64,000 bases of DNA, from assembly GCA_048937405.1 (NCBI GenBank), contig JBHLNF010000006.1, forward strand, positions 160,001 through 224,000, read 5' to 3'. A program made the position numbers and the translations under genes. This stretch comes from Promethearchaeota archaeon. Its GTDB lineage: Archaea > Asgardarchaeota > Lokiarchaeia > Sigyniarchaeales > SOKP01. Position 1 is the stretch's first letter; every line of letters begins with the position of its first letter. This document shows positions 61,129 through 64,000 of the stretch, piece by piece. The notes below the pieces were generated by a model that made no database searches, was not told the origin of the DNA, and saw nothing but the letters and a program-made list of their open reading frames with translations.

Positions 61129-63009
61129 CTAATTTTGGAGTTTTTTAAATTGCTTGTTTTTTTTCGAAAGTATCAATATAATTCCAAAAGAACTTAATAA
61201 TAGAATGATAAGACTATATCCAGGAATTCCCCTTTCAGGTTCCAAGATTTGGACAATCACTGTATCGGAGATTCCAAAATTATATTGATCATCATAAAAT
61301 TCAATAGTGTAATTGAAATATCCAGGGTTTGTTCTGTTAATTGGTATATTCAAAGCTGTATTATTTGACCATGAACTCCAATCAACCCATGTATAATAAT
61401 CCCCATTTGTATCATTCGCTAGAACTCGATAATTTCCGCTTCCAAAATCATCAATCAGAGTCCAATTAATCGTTTCAGAACCCCCCATAGAAGTTATAAT
61501 TTCTAACGGATGATTTGAGGTTGGAGGGGGATTTTCTATTTTTTGGGCATAAATATCTTCATCTCCATTTCTATAATCTTCCCATACTATAATAACTGTT
61601 CCAGCACCGTCAGTGATAATTTGAGGAGAATATTTGGTCTCATCTGCTACACATATAGGTAACCCATTAACCACCCATTTAAAGTCGCCATTTAAATCAA
61701 CACGTTGGGCATATATATCGTTCTTACTTCCAGATCGATAATCTTGCCATGTAATAATAGCTCCATCTGCTCCATCACTACAAATTTGAGGATTACCCTG
61801 ACCATAATCTGCTGTACATATTGCTTTTCCATCATGCACCCATGTAATTGTTCCATTTAAATTAATATGTTGAGCATAAATATCATTATTACTTCCAGTT
61901 CTAGAGTCTGTCCATACTATAATCGCCCCATCCGTTCCAACACTATAAATTTGTGGTGCACCCTGATTTTCAATCGCAGTGCATATAGCTGTCCCATTAA
62001 CATCCCAGCTTGTTGTTCCACCTGAATCAATGCGTTGAGCATAAATATCCCTATTAGTGGAGCCTTCTCTTTCATCTTCCCACGCAATAATAGCCCCTCC
62101 TGCCCCATCATTACAGAGTTCAATATAATGCTGATAGCGATTCTCTTTACAAACTGCGATTCCGTTACCCTCCCATTGCACTGCTCCATCTGAATCAATA
62201 CACTGAACATAAATTCCTTCATCCCCATTTCTATCATCTTCCCATGCAATAATAGCACCTTCAGCTCCATCTTTATAAATTTGAGGGAAATTTTGATTAT
62301 GGTTTTCTGTACAAATCGCTGTACCGTTTAAAGTCCATAAGCTTGTTCCGCTTGCATCAATACGTTGAGCATAAATATCAGTATTAGTTCCATGTCTATT
62401 ATCTTCCCATGTTATAATAGCTCCTCCTGCTCCATCACTGCAAATTTGAGGATTGTTTTGATTATCAATCTTATTACAAATAACTGTACCGTTAGCGTTC
62501 CATTGTACTGATCCATTTGAATCTATTCGTTGGGCATAAATATCATAAGTTGCTCCATTCCTTTCATCTTGCCATGTAATAATAGCCCCACCTGCTCCAT
62601 CATTGCAGATTTGAGGATTCCACTGGCCATAATTTGCTGTACATATACCTGTACCGTTGACTTCCCAACGTAAGATCCCATTTGAATCAATGTGCTGTAC
62701 GTAGATATCCTCACCTGTTGTTAAATAATTAATATTATCTTGCCATGTGATAATAACTCCACCTGCTCCATCACTGCATATTTGATGGTTCTCTTGATCT
62801 AACGGTTTTACACAAACCTGACTGCCATTTTCATTCCATGCAATCTTTTGCGACATAAATGGTAATTCTCTAAAATTTTTATCCGAAGTTTTATAAATAT
62901 CCGTGACTGTTGAGCTACTAAATGAAGTAAAAGTGAAGATGGTTGTAATTCCAAGTAAAGTTATAGAAAACAATATAATATATAATTTATTCTTATAATT
63001 CTTTTTCAT
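61129..63009 (-). CDS. Secreted repeat (beta-propeller-like) surface protein with IPGY-TM-basic tail
   Basis: About 8 repeats of ~55 aa (PQIC.DGAGGAIITW.D.R....DIYAQRID..G...W..NG..IC), N-terminal signal, C-terminal IPGYSLII...KK. Confidence 0.85.
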   Translation of the reverse strand: MKKNYKNKLYIILFSITLLGITTIFTFTSFSSSTVTDIYKTSDKNFRELPFMSQKIAWNENGSQVCVKPLDQENHQICSDGAGGVIITWQDNINYLTTGEDIYVQHIDSNGILRWEVNGTGICTANYGQWNPQICNDGAGGAIITWQDERNGATYDIYAQRIDSNGSVQWNANGTVICNKIDNQNNPQICSDGAGGAIITWEDNRHGTNTDIYAQRIDASGTSLWTLNGTAICTENHNQNFPQIYKDGAEGAIIAWEDDRNGDEGIYVQCIDSDGAVQWEGNGIAVCKENRYQHYIELCNDGAGGAIIAWEDEREGSTNRDIYAQRIDSGGTTSWDVNGTAICTAIENQGAPQIYSVGTDGAIIVWTDSRTGSNNDIYAQHINLNGTITWVHDGKAICTADYGQGNPQICSDGADGAIITWQDYRSGSKNDIYAQRVDLNGDFKWVVNGLPICVADETKYSPQIITDGAGTVIIVWEDYRNGDEDIYAQKIENPPPTSNHPLEIITSMGGSETINWTLIDDFGSGNYRVLANDTNGDYYTWVDWSSWSNNTALNIPINRTNPGYFNYTIEFYDDQYNFGISDTVIVQILEPERGIPGYSLIILLLSSFGIILILSKKNKQFKKLQN

Positions 63010-63432
63010 ATCTCACACTTCTGTATAAGATTTCTTATGTATAAAGTGATTTAAGCATAAATGTATTTTTTTAATATTTATACCTTTTTGTTAGATAATT
63101 CCATGTAATACCATATCTCAAAATTATTTAATAATATAGTCAGAAAATCAATAGAAGAAAAGAGGAAACTTGGTCTTCATCCAAAAAAACACCTTTAATT
63201 TTTTAAAGAATAATGTTTTAGAGAGTGCAAATTTCAAAAAGGTTATGTAAAAATTCAAGTCTAAACTTGTTATTAGAAAAGAATGATATTGATATATTTT
63301 TTATCATTAGTTTTTAGTGGAAACTCCTTGTCAGAATTAACTGCAATTCGCAAAAATTAATAAAATATAAAAAGAATCCTTTAAAAGGTTATTTACCTTT
63401 TTTGTATTAAAGAATATAATATTCAGAATTAA

Positions 63433-63669
63433 GTGAAAGTTATGGACGAAGATAAGATAAAACAAGTTATTGATAAAATTAGGCCTCAATTACAGATGGA
63501 TGGCGGGGATATCGAACTAATCAGTGTAGAAGATGATGGAATCGTAAAAGTAAAATTATTAGGTCATTGTGCTGGTTGTATGCATGCTCAACAAACTTTA
63601 ACTTACGGTGTAGAGAGGGCTATAAAACAATTTGTTCCAGAAGTAAAACAAGTTGTAAACGTTGCCTAA
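63433..63669 (+). CDS. NifU-C/Nfu family Fe-S carrier
   Basis: IRPQLQMDGGDIEL...LGHCAGC motif. Confidence 0.9.
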   Translation: MKVMDEDKIKQVIDKIRPQLQMDGGDIELISVEDDGIVKVKLLGHCAGCMHAQQTLTYGVERAIKQFVPEVKQVVNVA

Positions 63670-63879
63670 AACTATACTTTTTCTTTTTAATTTATTTTTT
63701 ACTGTAAAGGATTCAGAAAAACAGACAATTTGATAAGTAAATATATTATTTTATGCTTTCTATTATTTTCAGTTTATATTTTTTGAGATTATTTTTGATA
63801 CTAAGCATTATTACAAAAGTTAATTATCTATCAATAATTTCTTAGTTTATAATTTAAAACAAATATTTTTGTATAAATT

Positions 63880-64000
63880 ATGAATGACATTGAAAATAAT
63901 AAAATAAAAAAATCTGAGATTACGGAAAATCAAGAAGAGGAAAAGAAAAAATCAAAGAAAGAAGTGAGAAAAACCCAAGGTCAAATAATTCAAGAAGCAC
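63880..64000 (+). CDS. N-terminus of a gene running off the window
   Basis: ATG 63880 is open to the window end (MNDIENNKIKKSEITENQEEEKKK...). Confidence 0.5.
   Translation, partial: MNDIENNKIKKSEITENQEEEKKKSKKEVRKTQGQIIQEA

Noticed and set aside
3882-62714. Numerous short ORFs (60-130 aa) antisense to or nested in long genes
   Set aside because: They are shadows of well-supported genes and have no motifs of their own.
1-64000. tRNA, rRNA, CRISPR arrays, transposases or integrases
   Set aside because: None recognised by eye; a covariance-model scan would be needed to exclude small RNAs.

Overview
This is very AT-rich archaeal DNA, most consistent with a Lokiarchaeia-type Asgard archaeon. 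The evidence is a Rag/Gtr1-like GTPase, an MglA-like small GTPase, PCI-like and arrestin-like proteins, IPGY-TM-basic C-terminal sorting tails and a eukaryote-style SECIS-like hairpin. The window holds: (i) a sulfur relay / Cys-Met / Fe-S cluster (moeB-tusA-thiI-like, cystathionine gamma-synthase, metXW, cysK, CymR-like Rrf2, iscSU, cysE, SAMP/MoaD; 8.3-21.9 kb); (ii) a large minus-strand heterodisulfide-reductase-like region with four hdrA, three mvhD, two HdrD-like and two FrhB-like genes (21.9-47.5 kb); (iii) candidate defence genes (two PCI-TIR paralogues, one SIR2-TPR); and (iv) signalling and housekeeping genes. The main hidden signal is at 45.0-47.5 kb, which the ORF track fragments. 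It is a 647-aa HdrA with four in-frame UGA (Sec) codons, and its frame is also broken by a 34-nt insert (47132-47165) that folds into a canonical bulge-helix-bulge. Cutting after the 2nd nt of each bulge restores the frame and the conserved C-S-W motif, so this appears to be a tRNA-type intron in a selenoprotein mRNA. It is followed by a 2-Sec MvhD whose stop codon is the AUGA core of a SECIS-like hairpin. Also notable: two cases of cargo genes lying between diverged duplicates of a gene's 3' end, several genes that seem to need ATT/ATA starts, and a candidate structured RNA upstream of moeB. All structures and alignments were worked out by eye and none was computed.
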